Source: an uncultured Chloroflexia bacterium
GTDB taxonomy: Bacteria; Chloroflexota; Anaerolineae; Anaerolineales; UBA4823
Length of the DNA stretch: 64,000 nucleotides
NCBI GenBank assembly: GCA_963706515.1
Contig: CAVPMW010000010.1
Coordinates: forward strand, 54,377-118,376
Direction: 5' to 3'
A model generated the notes under the pieces. The model searched no databases and was not told the origin of the DNA. It saw only the letters and a program-made list of their open reading frames with translations. The position numbers and the translations under genes are program-made. Below, piece after piece: positions 48,013-57,391 of this stretch. How positions within the stretch are numbered: the first letter of the stretch is position 1; each line of letters begins with the position of its first letter.

Positions 48013-48052
48013 GTCTCCGCCAGGAATTAAACCTGGCGGAGACTATTTATTT
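48013..48052 (+). terminator. rho-independent terminator between convergent genes
   Basis: Perfect 12-bp stem GTCTCCGCCAGG / CCTGGCGGAGAC, loop AATTAAA, then TATTTATTT. Confidence 0.65.
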
Positions 48053-48066
48053 CGGGGGATATTTAA

Positions 48067-49992
48067 TTACAGGTTACTCTGGACGATGGGTAAGACTACA
48101 GTGAATACAGTACCATGATTGGGCGCTGAGTCGACCCAGATGCGACCGAGGTGGTTCTCCACAATCGACTTCACGATAGCCAGTCCCAGGCCGGTCCCCG
48201 GGATATCACTCTGGATATTGCTGCCCCGGTAAAACTTATCGAAGATATACGGCTGATCGGACTGGGGGATACCCGGCCCATCGTCGCTCACCTGGATGAT
48301 GATCTGACCATCCTCAGATTTTGCCTGGATGCGTATCTCTCCGCCTTCCGGGGTATATTTGATCGCGTTACCGATCAGGTTGCTGATCATCTGGCGCAAT
48401 CTCACCGGGTTGCCAAGCGTCGGTGGGAGCTCCGAATCAGCATCGAGGATGAGGGTTTGCCCTTTTTCTTCGGCCCGGCTCTTTAAACCGTCAATTGCAT
48501 AGCGAATAATGATGTAAGGGGGGATGATCTCTTTGCGGCTGTCGAAGCCTGCTTCGATGCGCCCGAGGTCCAGCAGGTCGTTGATCAAGGCGGTGATGTT
48601 ATGCACACTGAACTGCACCCGCCGGATGAACTCAGATTGCTGCTGGTTGACCGGACCGACCCGGTCTAACAGCTCCACGTAACCCAGAATTGCAGTCAGG
48701 GGTGAGCGCAGGTCATGGGAAACGGTATTGACGAAATCACTCTTAATCCGGTCCAGCTCCTTCAGGTAGGTAATATCTTGCATTACCAGCGCATACCCGA
48801 GTTCGTGAATCGTAGTCAATTGAGCGTTAAATATCCGTCCATCTTCGAGTGCAATCTCTGCGCGGTAGGAGCTGCTTTTCTTTTCTTGTGAGAACAGATC
48901 GAGCAGATCGGGGTGGGAGAAAACGTCTTGGATCGGTCTGCCGGATATGTTCTCATCTTGCAAACCAAATGCCGAGCGAGCAGTCCGGTTGACCATTAGC
49001 AGACGGCTGTCCAGGTCCGTTACGATGATCGCCTCTTCGATATTGGTCAGCAGGGATTCCAGCTTCTTACGTTCCTGCTCAGCACGGGCGTAAGATCGAG
49101 CGTGTTCAATTGCATTTGCCGCGATCTCAGCCAGGGATGAAACCATGCTTAAATGTTCTGGGGTGAAACCTGAGGTTTGCTCGTGTTGGGTGACCCCTAA
49201 GACCCCAATCACACGTTCTTGGACCGCCAGTGGAGCATAGATAAGGGAACGCACCAGGTAAGAAGTTAATATCTTGAACGGGGCGTCCTGGTTGATCAGC
49301 ACAGGCTGGTTGGTGCGGAAGACCTGTCCAGCCAGGGAGTCCTGGACGGGGAGGCGAAAGGTCTGGACAATATCGGCTTGAAAATTATGCTCGGCTCTGA
49401 CGTAAAGCTCCCCGCTGACTTCATCCAGAAGCAGCAGGCTGCCTTCCTCAGCTCCAGTCAGTTTGACGGCTGCGTCAACGATGACCGGAAGGATCAAATC
49501 CAGCTCAAGCGAAGAGGTGATCTGGTGGCTGAAAGAATGCAGCGTTTCGAGAGATTCAATCCGGTTCTGTAAGGATTTTGCGTCCTGGTTGGTTTCGAGG
49601 TGGACCCATTCCTTGAGCTTCTGGCTCCGTGACACGGCAGCTTCGACTGCACGGGATATTTCTTGAGGGTGAATGGGTGTGCTTAAGATATCGCAAAAAC
49701 CCCGGTGGACCGCCTGGGAGGTTAATTCGTTCGTAGGTTCATTCGAGAAAAATATTACCGGTATTTGTGGGAAACGGGATATTAGCTCAGAGCCAACCGC
49801 CAGGGCATCCGCCTCTTGCAAGGGATGCGTGAGGATGATTGCATCTGGTGCGGATTTTTCGATGGATTTAACCGCTGATTCGAGCGTGGGCAGATTCCTT
49901 ACCTGATAACCTGCGGGTTGCAGGATAGAATGCTCCAATGTTTGTAGGGTAAAAGGATCGGTGGCAATCAGGAGGATCTGTTGATCAGGCAT
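48067..49992 (-). CDS. pseudo-receiver / GAF / PAS sensor histidine kinase
   Basis: 641 aa. The N-terminal REC-like fold lacks the acceptor Asp (..DAIILTHPL..). It is followed by a GAF, a PAS, the H-box VSHDLRSPL and HATPase motifs (NLIGNAIKYTP, DDGPGIP, GTGLGLA). Confidence 0.8.
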   Translation of the reverse strand: MPDQQILLIATDPFTLQTLEHSILQPAGYQVRNLPTLESAVKSIEKSAPDAIILTHPLQEADALAVGSELISRFPQIPVIFFSNEPTNELTSQAVHRGFCDILSTPIHPQEISRAVEAAVSRSQKLKEWVHLETNQDAKSLQNRIESLETLHSFSHQITSSLELDLILPVIVDAAVKLTGAEEGSLLLLDEVSGELYVRAEHNFQADIVQTFRLPVQDSLAGQVFRTNQPVLINQDAPFKILTSYLVRSLIYAPLAVQERVIGVLGVTQHEQTSGFTPEHLSMVSSLAEIAANAIEHARSYARAEQERKKLESLLTNIEEAIIVTDLDSRLLMVNRTARSAFGLQDENISGRPIQDVFSHPDLLDLFSQEKKSSSYRAEIALEDGRIFNAQLTTIHELGYALVMQDITYLKELDRIKSDFVNTVSHDLRSPLTAILGYVELLDRVGPVNQQQSEFIRRVQFSVHNITALINDLLDLGRIEAGFDSRKEIIPPYIIIRYAIDGLKSRAEEKGQTLILDADSELPPTLGNPVRLRQMISNLIGNAIKYTPEGGEIRIQAKSEDGQIIIQVSDDGPGIPQSDQPYIFDKFYRGSNIQSDIPGTGLGLAIVKSIVENHLGRIWVDSAPNHGTVFTVVLPIVQSNL

Positions 49993-50049
49993 AATGTGAG
50001 CAGTCTAGGATATGGAATAGGAGCAAAATCGTCTTTGGCCTCTTTCGAT

Positions 50050-51240
50050 CTACTTTTGTGGTCCGGGACGATAGTTGGCAATAATACTGCCAACCCGTTT
50101 CATTTCCGCCTGGGCTGAGCGTAAAACCCCCTTTTGAGCGGCATTAAGCCGGCTCTCTTCACTGAGCAGTAAGTTCTGGAGAGTGATGATCGCATTATCC
50201 AAAGGGGTTTTTAATTCTCCCTGCAGTCGTAAAATCAATTGTTCTTTGCTCCGTTCGTTAGATTGGGCCATCTCCACGGTTTTTTGCAGGGATTGCGCCC
50301 TATCCTCCAGGGCATGGAAAAGCTGCGCATTCACCAGTGAAATTGATGCATAATCCGCTACAGCTTCTAAGAGCGTCTGGTTGCTCGGGCTGAAAGGTTT
50401 CGCCTCCTTCCGAATCACAACCAGGATCCCAATTACTTCTTTCCGTACTTTTAGTGGAACGATGAGGGCAGATTGGCCGATATTGGATATCTTGAACCGG
50501 GCCAGCGGAGAACCATGTATGGATAAGCTTTCACCTGAAAGAGCAACCAGCGAGCTGATACCATCATCCCAGGGCAATCCGGTTTTGTCTGCGATCACCT
50601 TTGGGAGGTTGCGGTGCGCAGCCAGGTTAAATACTTTGCTTTGTTCAGAACGCAGCAGGAGCCACCCGCTATCCGCCTCGGTAACGTATACCGCCCCTTC
50701 CAGGATTTTTTCAAACAGCTTGCTTTGATCGGTGATCGAGGTAACCGCCTTGCCGACTGCAAAGATCGTGGTTAATTCGCGCACCCTGCGATGCAGCTCT
50801 TCATTCGTCTGTTTTACCTGTCTCGCTAAAGCTTCACGCTCCCGGCGAGAACGCACTTGTTTCAAAACACGTTCGACGGCTGAGACAACTTCTGCCTCAC
50901 GCACTGGCCAGAGGAGATAATCCGATGCTCCCAGGCGGAATGCCTGGATAATATCGGCTTCCATCCCTTTCTGGGCTAAGACGATTACCGGTATTTCCAG
51001 CCCCTGGGAATTAAGCGCTACCAGGAGATCTTTACCACTCAACCCGGGAAGGTTCAAATTGGCGATGATTACGTCAGGGGAATAGCGTGCCGCTTGCTGA
51101 ATCGCTTCGGGAGCACCCTGGGAGATCTCAACACGGAAATCCATGGCCTGTAAAGTCTGGCGGGCAATCAAATCAATGACGTCTGGGTCATTTTCTACCA
51201 CCAGGATGCGTTCAGGGGGCGTGCGCATGCTGGCAATCAT
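50050..51240 (-). CDS. pseudo-receiver / GAF / degenerate DHp protein (no ATPase domain)
   Basis: 396 aa. REC-like N-terminus with Asn at the acceptor position (DVIIANLNLPGLSG), Ala at the T87 position and Trp at the K109 position (DYLLWPV). A GAF follows. The C-terminal DHp-like helix has QGELKTPL in place of SHELRTPL. Confidence 0.7.
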   Translation of the reverse strand: MIASMRTPPERILVVENDPDVIDLIARQTLQAMDFRVEISQGAPEAIQQAARYSPDVIIANLNLPGLSGKDLLVALNSQGLEIPVIVLAQKGMEADIIQAFRLGASDYLLWPVREAEVVSAVERVLKQVRSRREREALARQVKQTNEELHRRVRELTTIFAVGKAVTSITDQSKLFEKILEGAVYVTEADSGWLLLRSEQSKVFNLAAHRNLPKVIADKTGLPWDDGISSLVALSGESLSIHGSPLARFKISNIGQSALIVPLKVRKEVIGILVVIRKEAKPFSPSNQTLLEAVADYASISLVNAQLFHALEDRAQSLQKTVEMAQSNERSKEQLILRLQGELKTPLDNAIITLQNLLLSEESRLNAAQKGVLRSAQAEMKRVGSIIANYRPGPQK

Positions 51241-51471
51241 AGCACGGATGGATGAAAAGCGGGAGACGTAGTAAATCTTTCTTGCGTAAACATTACAAAA
51301 TTCATAGGTGTTTACGATATAGCGAGCAAATCACTGCAAGTATTTTGAATACTATCCTTCCTGAAATGGCGGTTTGCACTGGCAAGAGCCTTTTAATAGG
51401 CGAATCGTGGAGACATCATTCCGCAAAAGCACTTAATTGTCTTAGAGTTAGGTAATAATATTGAAAATCGC

Positions 51472-51501
51472 TTGACTTTGCCCGCTCTACTAGCATAGAA
51501 T
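51472..51501 (+). promoter_or_regulatory. candidate sigma70-like promoter for the dnaJ-like gene
   Basis: TTGACT (51472..51477), an 18-nt spacer, TAGAAT (51496..51501), 23 nt before ATG 51525. Confidence 0.4.
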
Positions 51502-51524
51502 CAGTAATTGGGTTATAAGAAAAA

Positions 51525-52463
51525 ATGGATTACCAAGATTATTACAAAACCCTGGGGGTTGATCGCAAGGCTGGCGAAGAGGAAATCAAGCGCGCTTATC
51601 GGAAGCTGGCGATGAAATATCACCCCGATCGCAATCCTGGCAATAAGCAATCAGAAGAAAAGTTCAAAGAAATCAATGAGGCATACCAGGTGCTCAGCGA
51701 TCCGCAGAAGAGAGGCCGATACGATCAATTAGGCGAGACTTATAACCAGTACCAGCAGCACGGCGGATCTCCGGGTGGATTTAATTGGGAAGACTGGTAT
51801 ACCAGTAGACCGGTTGGCGGGAATGTGCATGTTGAGTATGGGGATATTAATGATATCCTGGGCGGCGGTTTCTCGGAATTCTTCAACCGGATATTTGGCG
51901 GAGCAGCGGGAAGCAGCCGCACGCGTGCCCGGCAGGAAGTCTACCGCAGCAAGCCGGCTCCCCCGCAATCCTACGAGCAGGAAGTTGAAATTAGCTTGTA
52001 TGAGGCCTACCATGGGAGTAAACGATTATTGGAGCTGGATGGTCGCCGCCTTGAAGTAAAAATACCTCCAGGTGCCCGGACGGGAACCAAAGTACGCGTG
52101 CCTCAAGTGGTACCGGCAGGTACGCCTGAGCAGAAAGCTGATCTCTTATTGGTAATCAAAGTGGCAGATGACCCGGTTTATGAAAGGAAAGGCAATGATT
52201 TGTATATGGAAGTGCCCATCGACCTGCTTACTGCAGTATTAGGCGGTAAAACCGAAGTCGAGACGCTGAGCGGTAAAGTTGTGCTCTCTATACCTCCCGG
52301 GACCCAGCCTGGTCAGACTTTTCGCCTGGCAAAGAAAGGGCTGCCCCTGTTAAAGTCGCCTGACCAGCACGGTGACTTATACGTCCGGGTAAAAGTCAAC
52401 ATCCCCCGCGAATTAACAGAAAAGCAGAAGGAATTATTCCAACAATTAGCAAAGCTGGGATAG
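51525..52463 (+). CDS. DnaJ-class co-chaperone without zinc-finger domain (CbpA-like, class B)
   Basis: 312 aa. J domain DYYK.LGV...[20 protein letters not shown], a G-rich linker and C-terminal beta domains. No CxxCxGxG repeats. Confidence 0.8.
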   Translation: MDYQDYYKTLGVDRKAGEEEIKRAYRKLAMKYHPDRNPGNKQSEEKFKEINEAYQVLSDPQKRGRYDQLGETYNQYQQHGGSPGGFNWEDWYTSRPVGGNVHVEYGDINDILGGGFSEFFNRIFGGAAGSSRTRARQEVYRSKPAPPQSYEQEVEISLYEAYHGSKRLLELDGRRLEVKIPPGARTGTKVRVPQVVPAGTPEQKADLLLVIKVADDPVYERKGNDLYMEVPIDLLTAVLGGKTEVETLSGKVVLSIPPGTQPGQTFRLAKKGLPLLKSPDQHGDLYVRVKVNIPRELTEKQKELFQQLAKLG

Positions 52464-52509
52464 CCATTTTTTACTTAATGCCTGGCTGGTAATTTTTACA
52501 GGAGCTGTC

Positions 52510-53727
52510 ATGAAGAAAACAGTCGGTTTGTTATCGGTGGTGATCATCGTTGGATTGGTCAGCCTGGCCTGTCTGGGCCTGGCTGGGATTCGAGACGGTA
52601 AAAATGCAGCTCTGCCTTTGATGCCGACCCAGGTTATACAGGTCGTGCAGCCAACCCTGGCTCAATTCGCGAGCGGCGCTACCCAAGAAAGCGCAGCCTT
52701 ACCCCAGGTTAACGTCCTGGATTCCCTCTCGGAGCAAGATACCCTCATCCAGCTCTACAAGAAAATCAATCCTGGCGTGGTATCGGTACGTGTCTCAACC
52801 CAGGATGGAGGCGGGTTGGGATCAGGTTTTGTTCTGGATAAGCAAGGACATGTGGTGACGAATTACCATGTCGTCGAAGGGGTGCAGGATTTAGAGGTCG
52901 GTTTTGCCTCCGGCTTTAAAGCGCATGGGGAGGTGATCAGCCAGGACCTGGATTCTGATCTGGCAATCATCGCTGTGGATGCCCCTGCGGAAGAATTAGT
53001 GCCTCTACCTTTAGGTGACTCGGATAAGGTACAGGTCGGCCAAACGGTCATCGCGATCGGGAATCCGTTCGGGCTAGAAGGGACGATGACGATTGGCATC
53101 ATCTCCGGTTTGGGACGGACCTTAAGCTCTTTCCACGATACCGGGGAAGGGGGCACATTCTCCGCTGGTGATATTATCCAGACGGATGCTGCGATCAACC
53201 CGGGAAACTCGGGTGGCCCTTTGCTCAATCTCGACGGCGAGGTGATTGGCATCAATGAAGCCATCCGTACGACCAACTATTCCACGAGCGGTGAACCGGT
53301 TAATTCCGGGATCGGATTTGCTATCTCGGTGAATGTTATGAAGCGGGTCACCCCGGATTTGATCGCTTCCGGAAAATACGCTTATCCCTACCTGGGAATT
53401 ACCAGTATTGACGAATTAACCCTGAAGATGAGTGAGGCATTGGGCTTATCGCGCCCTACGGGCGTATACATTACCGGCGTAACTGCCGGCGGCCCTGCTG
53501 ACAAAGCCGGTATCCGCGCAGGCTCCAACCCAACCGACGACCCTAACTTATTGAGCGGGGGAGATTTGATCGTCGCAATCGACCAGGTGCCTGTACGGAC
53601 TTATAATGACTTGATCAGCTATCTGGTAGAGAATAAAAGTCCAGGGGATAAAGTAACCTTGACAGTATTACGGGATGGAGATCAGCTACAACTGGAGGCA
53701 GTACTGGACAAACGACCTGACAATTAG
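52510..53727 (+). CDS. htrA: HtrA/DegP-family serine protease with PDZ domain
   Basis: 405 aa. N-terminal signal/TM, catalytic-triad contexts (VTNYHVV, DLA, GNSGGPL), then a PDZ (...GVYITGV..GGPA.KAG...GD.I...). Confidence 0.85.
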   Translation: MKKTVGLLSVVIIVGLVSLACLGLAGIRDGKNAALPLMPTQVIQVVQPTLAQFASGATQESAALPQVNVLDSLSEQDTLIQLYKKINPGVVSVRVSTQDGGGLGSGFVLDKQGHVVTNYHVVEGVQDLEVGFASGFKAHGEVISQDLDSDLAIIAVDAPAEELVPLPLGDSDKVQVGQTVIAIGNPFGLEGTMTIGIISGLGRTLSSFHDTGEGGTFSAGDIIQTDAAINPGNSGGPLLNLDGEVIGINEAIRTTNYSTSGEPVNSGIGFAISVNVMKRVTPDLIASGKYAYPYLGITSIDELTLKMSEALGLSRPTGVYITGVTAGGPADKAGIRAGSNPTDDPNLLSGGDLIVAIDQVPVRTYNDLISYLVENKSPGDKVTLTVLRDGDQLQLEAVLDKRPDN

Positions 53728-53793
53728 TTATCCTGCAAAGATATAAGCCCGGACCACGATCAACACTCGATAACCATACTTCAGGAGGAGGCT

Positions 53794-54894
53794 ATGTTCA
53801 CTGATCATGATCTCAGGGATTTACTCAATTACACGCCAAATGCGCCGGTGCTCAGCGTATACCTGAGCACGGATCCAGCCGAGGGCAATGCCGATGCATA
53901 CAAACTTCGCCTGCGCAGTATGCTCAAAGAAATTGATTTACCTGAGGATGTAGCTGCTGTTCTGCGCTATTTTGATCGCGAGCATGATTGGTCGGGCAGG
54001 AGCGTGGTGCTTTTTTCCTGTGCCGAAGAGGATTATTTCAAAGTTTACACGCTGCAGCTCAACATTCGCAGCCGTGTACGCGTGAGCGATAAGCCGTTCG
54101 TCAAACCACTTCTCGATCTGCTGGATTTTTATGGCGGCTACGGCGTAGTTCTAGTGGATAAACAGGGCGCTCGCCTGTTCTCATTCCAATTAGGAGAGCT
54201 CCAGGAGCGAGATGGCGTCCTGGGAGAGAGCATCCGGCGCACGAAGCGCGGAGGCGGGTCTCAGGCCACAGGACGGCGAGGCGGGGTGGCCGGCCAGACC
54301 GACCATATGGACGAAATAACCGATAGAAATATCAAAGAAACCGTGGGATTTGCAACCGAGTTTTTTTCCGCAAACAACGTGCGGCGCATATTAATCGGCG
54401 GAGCAGACGATACTGTTGCTCTTTTCCGAAGCCAGCTGCCGAAAACCTGGCAAAGCCTTGTTGTTGGCACATTTCCTATGAGCATGACCGCTTCACAAAA
54501 TGAGGTGTTGGAGCGGTCGCTGCGCGTGGGAGAGGCTGCAGAGAGGAAACGCGAAGATCAATTGGTCGAAGCGCTGGTTACGAGCTCGGCCAAGCACCGT
54601 GGCGCTGTTCAAACCATGGATGATACCCTGGAAGCAGTCCGGGGAGGCAGGGTACAAACCCTCGTTATCCAGGAAGGGTATCGCGCCCCGGGTCAGCGCT
54701 GCCAGGGCTGCGGTTTTATCACCGTTAAGGAGATGGAAATATGCCCGTTTTGCGGGAGCAAATTTGGGGATGTTCCCGATGCAGTTGAAGAGGCGGTCCG
54801 GCAGGTGCTTACCTCAGGAGGCGAAGTGGAAGTCGTACACGGTGACCACAACCCGGCAGGTTTTAGCGATATTGGCGCGTTGCTCCGCTATTGA
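53794..54894 (+). CDS. eRF1-fold protein, Vms1/ANKZF1-like (VLRF1/baeRF-type) putative peptidyl-tRNA hydrolase
   Basis: 366 aa. The central loop RRTKRGGGSQATGRRG resembles the eRF1 GGQ loop but carries the GxxQ (GGSQ) variant I recall for Vms1. A C-terminal zinc ribbon CQGCG...CPFCG is inserted in an eRF1-domain-3-like region. AGGAGGAGG lies upstream. Confidence 0.5.
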   Translation: MFTDHDLRDLLNYTPNAPVLSVYLSTDPAEGNADAYKLRLRSMLKEIDLPEDVAAVLRYFDREHDWSGRSVVLFSCAEEDYFKVYTLQLNIRSRVRVSDKPFVKPLLDLLDFYGGYGVVLVDKQGARLFSFQLGELQERDGVLGESIRRTKRGGGSQATGRRGGVAGQTDHMDEITDRNIKETVGFATEFFSANNVRRILIGGADDTVALFRSQLPKTWQSLVVGTFPMSMTASQNEVLERSLRVGEAAERKREDQLVEALVTSSAKHRGAVQTMDDTLEAVRGGRVQTLVIQEGYRAPGQRCQGCGFITVKEMEICPFCGSKFGDVPDAVEEAVRQVLTSGGEVEVVHGDHNPAGFSDIGALLRY

Positions 54895-54938
54895 ACTGAA
54901 AAAATAGAGCGACCTCTCTGCGATAATATTGATAAAAC

Positions 54939-55700
54939 CTATTTTTGCGGAGCTAACAGCAGGATCAGATTTGGAGAGTCCTCAGAATAGGGCGAGAAAT
55001 CAAAATCTCCATATACACCGGCTGGCTCAAGTCCATGCACGTCGAGCTCTCCCAGCAGGTTTTGCAGGGGAATGATTTGGTGGGTCGTCGTGATTGAAGC
55101 CCTATCCACATAACCGTCTGCCAACAGGTGGTCGTAATGCCAGGAAAGCCTGAAGGAATGCGAATCACGGCTCCAGGAGCTGCTCACCTGGACAGGTTCG
55201 CCGTCGAGTGGGTGTGGAAAAGTGTCTTCCAGCTCTGAATCCGATTTGCGGGGTAAGCGGACTAAGAGCGCAGGATTTGGCAAGCTGGCAGCGAAACAGC
55301 CGCCCGATCGAAGATGCTGTTTCACCAGCGAATAGAGCTTATGGCGCCCGGTGCTCTCCAGGGTGCTGAACGTATTGCATGGCAGGCATATCAATCCGAA
55401 GCCACAGTTCAGGTGAAAAGCGGTTAGATCGGCTTGAAAAACGAGCAATTGGTCTGTACCATGGCTCCGGTGGATCTGAATGAGGGTAGTCAGCATTGCC
55501 AGGTCATTATCCAGGCCCACGACCTGCCTGCCGGCTGCGAGAAGGTGTGTAAGCACGCGGCCCGTGCCGCAGCCCAGCTCCAAAATTGGATCGCCGTACC
55601 GATTAGCGAGAGCCATCCAAAAGGGGAGGTCCTCGTCATGCAGTCCGTGATGGGTGTGGTAGAGCATAGCCAGGTTGTAGGGGTTGGGGGTCATAAACAT
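54939..55700 (-). CDS. class I SAM-dependent methyltransferase
   Basis: 253 aa. Motif I ILELGCGTGRV; ..VVGLDND..ML. Confidence 0.7.
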   Translation of the reverse strand: MFMTPNPYNLAMLYHTHHGLHDEDLPFWMALANRYGDPILELGCGTGRVLTHLLAAGRQVVGLDNDLAMLTTLIQIHRSHGTDQLLVFQADLTAFHLNCGFGLICLPCNTFSTLESTGRHKLYSLVKQHLRSGGCFAASLPNPALLVRLPRKSDSELEDTFPHPLDGEPVQVSSSWSRDSHSFRLSWHYDHLLADGYVDRASITTTHQIIPLQNLLGELDVHGLEPAGVYGDFDFSPYSEDSPNLILLLAPQK

Positions 55701-55704
55701 TGCC

Positions 55705-55734
55705 TTGACGTATTGTGCGCAAACAGATTATACT
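55705..55734 (+). promoter_or_regulatory. sigma70-like promoter for tRNA-Pro
   Basis: TTGACG (55705..55710), an 18-nt spacer, TATACT (55729..55734). The mature tRNA 5' end lies 10 nt downstream. Confidence 0.55.
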
Positions 55735-55743
55735 CTTCACACT

Positions 55744-55820
55744 CGGGGCGTAGCGCAGTCCGGTAGCGCACCGCGTTTGGGACGCGGGGGTCGGCGGTTC
55801 GAGTCCGCCCGCCCCGACCA
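55744..55820 (+). tRNA. tRNA-Pro (anticodon UGG), CCA encoded
   Basis: Hand-folded cloverleaf. Acceptor CGGGGCG/CGCCCCG, D stem GCGC/GCGC, anticodon stem CCGCG/CGCGG with loop TT-TGG-GA, variable loop GGGTC, T arm GGCGG-TTCGAGT-CCGCC, discriminator A, then CCA. 77 nt. Confidence 0.95.
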
Positions 55821-55891
55821 TGGCGATCATTGGGCGGTGTTAGCGGTCATTCCTTACAACAGTAAGCATCACACCCAGAGGAGCATGCCTT

Positions 55892-56203
55892 ATGGCGAAA
55901 GTAAAGTATGACGGCGTGGTAGAGGCCGTTCATTACCGACCGGATGGGCAGGTTGAATGGGTGCGTACTTATCTTCGCCGCGGGCCGACCTTTTCAGATT
56001 ACATACTATTAGACCGGGAAGCATTAATCGAGCATTTGAATTCAGGAAAAAAATATTACTCGGGCAGGCGCATCCCGCTGCTGGCAAGCACCTTCGAAAT
56101 CTCATCCCAGGTTAAATTAATTAAGAAAAATGGAAGCGAAATCCTGGTTACAGATGACCAGGAGTCAGACCAGGATTGTCTGAAAAACGTGCCGGTTATT
56201 TGA
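55892..56203 (+). CDS. hypothetical protein (103 aa)
   Basis: ORF with AGAGGAG upstream. No family recognised. Confidence 0.45.
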   Translation: MAKVKYDGVVEAVHYRPDGQVEWVRTYLRRGPTFSDYILLDREALIEHLNSGKKYYSGRRIPLLASTFEISSQVKLIKKNGSEILVTDDQESDQDCLKNVPVI

Positions 56204-56270
56204 GAACTTGACTATAATATTCCGACTAAATTGTAAGTTTCATCCTCCTTCGCTTGGCATATAATCCAGC

Positions 56271-56326
56271 TATGTGATTGGCCGAAAGTATCTTTACAAT
56301 CCTTAATGTTTAATTCGGCCAATCAC
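56271..56326. repeat. 56-nt intergenic element, copy B (perfect 13-bp hairpin)
   Basis: TATGTGATTGGCCGAAAGTATCTTTACAATCC...TTCGGCCAATCAC. Stem 56274..56286 pairs with 56314..56326 around a 27-nt loop. Homologous to 34592..34647. Confidence 0.75.
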
Positions 56327-56539
56327 TATGAGCAATTCGCAGTATGCTGACACGGCGAAAATAATATTTCTGTCGGCGAATTGCTTAGCATACAAACCAG
56401 GATAATGGCATGCAAGCTGCATCTCTTGCAACTGTCTGTCTGGATCCGGAGTGGATTTAATTTTTCCGGTTGTTCAGAGTAAGCGTGATCTGGCTCATTT
56501 TTTTGATAGAGGCTGGAGTATCGCCACCGGGAGGCTTAC

Positions 56540-57367
56540 ATGAAAGTAATTGACCTGTCATCTGCTGGAGAACCTGAAGAGAAGTCGGGGATCTTTTCAA
56601 TCATAAAAGGGATTCTACCAACGGTAAACGATCAAGTAGATCGCTCAGCCAACAATGCTGTTACAAGCTCCTTACAGCGTGTGCTCGATAATCAATATAC
56701 TGTATTACAGCAAGTGCAGCTAGAAGGGCTGGACGTGCCCATTCCGCTGGTGCTGGTTGGCCCTTCCGGGATATGGGTGCTGCTTGCCAGCTCGATCAAA
56801 GGGGTATATCGCGCCAAAGAGGACAACTGGGAGCTGCTGGATGAGGGATCCCAGCATTACCGGGTTGCTAAACCGAATCTGATGACCAGGGCTCATCTCA
56901 TGGCGCGCGCCGTTGAAACCTACCTGGTCACTCGGAATTTGCATGTCCACCACGTCGAGCCGGTGCTGGTATTTTCCGATCCCGGGATTCATGTCGATGC
57001 GATCCGGGCCGCGATCCGTATCGTCATGGTGGATGCTCTGGATCGCTTCACAGCAAGCCTTGCCCAGGATATCGTCCAAATCGATCGGGAAGGCGTGCAG
57101 CACATTGTGGACGTCCTGGCTGGTGGAAAAGCGGGTGGAAACGCTGGAAAACCGGTTGAAGAAGTCCGCGATGCATTTTCCTTCCAAGATGTACCTCCAG
57201 AAAAATCTTTTCGGCAGAACCCCACTGTGATTTACGATCAAAGTGAAGCCCCGATCCTGAGAGGTGTTCCCTTTACAAAGAGCCAATTGATCGTTTTAGG
57301 CTTATTGGTCCTGTTAGATGTTGTAATTTTAGGGGTTTTTGTGGTATTTATATTGGCAACTTCGTGA
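56540..57367 (+). CDS. NERD-domain protein with C-terminal TM anchor
   Basis: 275 aa. ...YTVLQQVQLEGLDVPIPLVLVGPSGIWVLLASSIKGVYR..EDNWELL... fits the NERD core pattern. The C-terminus LIVLGLLVLLDVVILGVFVVFIL is hydrophobic. Confidence 0.55.
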   Translation: MKVIDLSSAGEPEEKSGIFSIIKGILPTVNDQVDRSANNAVTSSLQRVLDNQYTVLQQVQLEGLDVPIPLVLVGPSGIWVLLASSIKGVYRAKEDNWELLDEGSQHYRVAKPNLMTRAHLMARAVETYLVTRNLHVHHVEPVLVFSDPGIHVDAIRAAIRIVMVDALDRFTASLAQDIVQIDREGVQHIVDVLAGGKAGGNAGKPVEEVRDAFSFQDVPPEKSFRQNPTVIYDQSEAPILRGVPFTKSQLIVLGLLVLLDVVILGVFVVFILATS

Positions 57368-57391
57368 TCCTACCACAAAGAGACCCCTGGT

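Noticed and set aside
51241-51471. A heat-shock operator (CIRCE/HAIR-type) upstream of the dnaJ-like gene. I noticed the 8-bp inverted repeat CGTAAACA...TGTTTACG near 51283..51316.
   Set aside because: It does not match the CIRCE consensus (TTAGCACTC-N9-GAGTGCTAA) as I remember it. It is a single short dyad about 180 nt upstream of the candidate promoter, which is insufficient evidence for a regulatory call.
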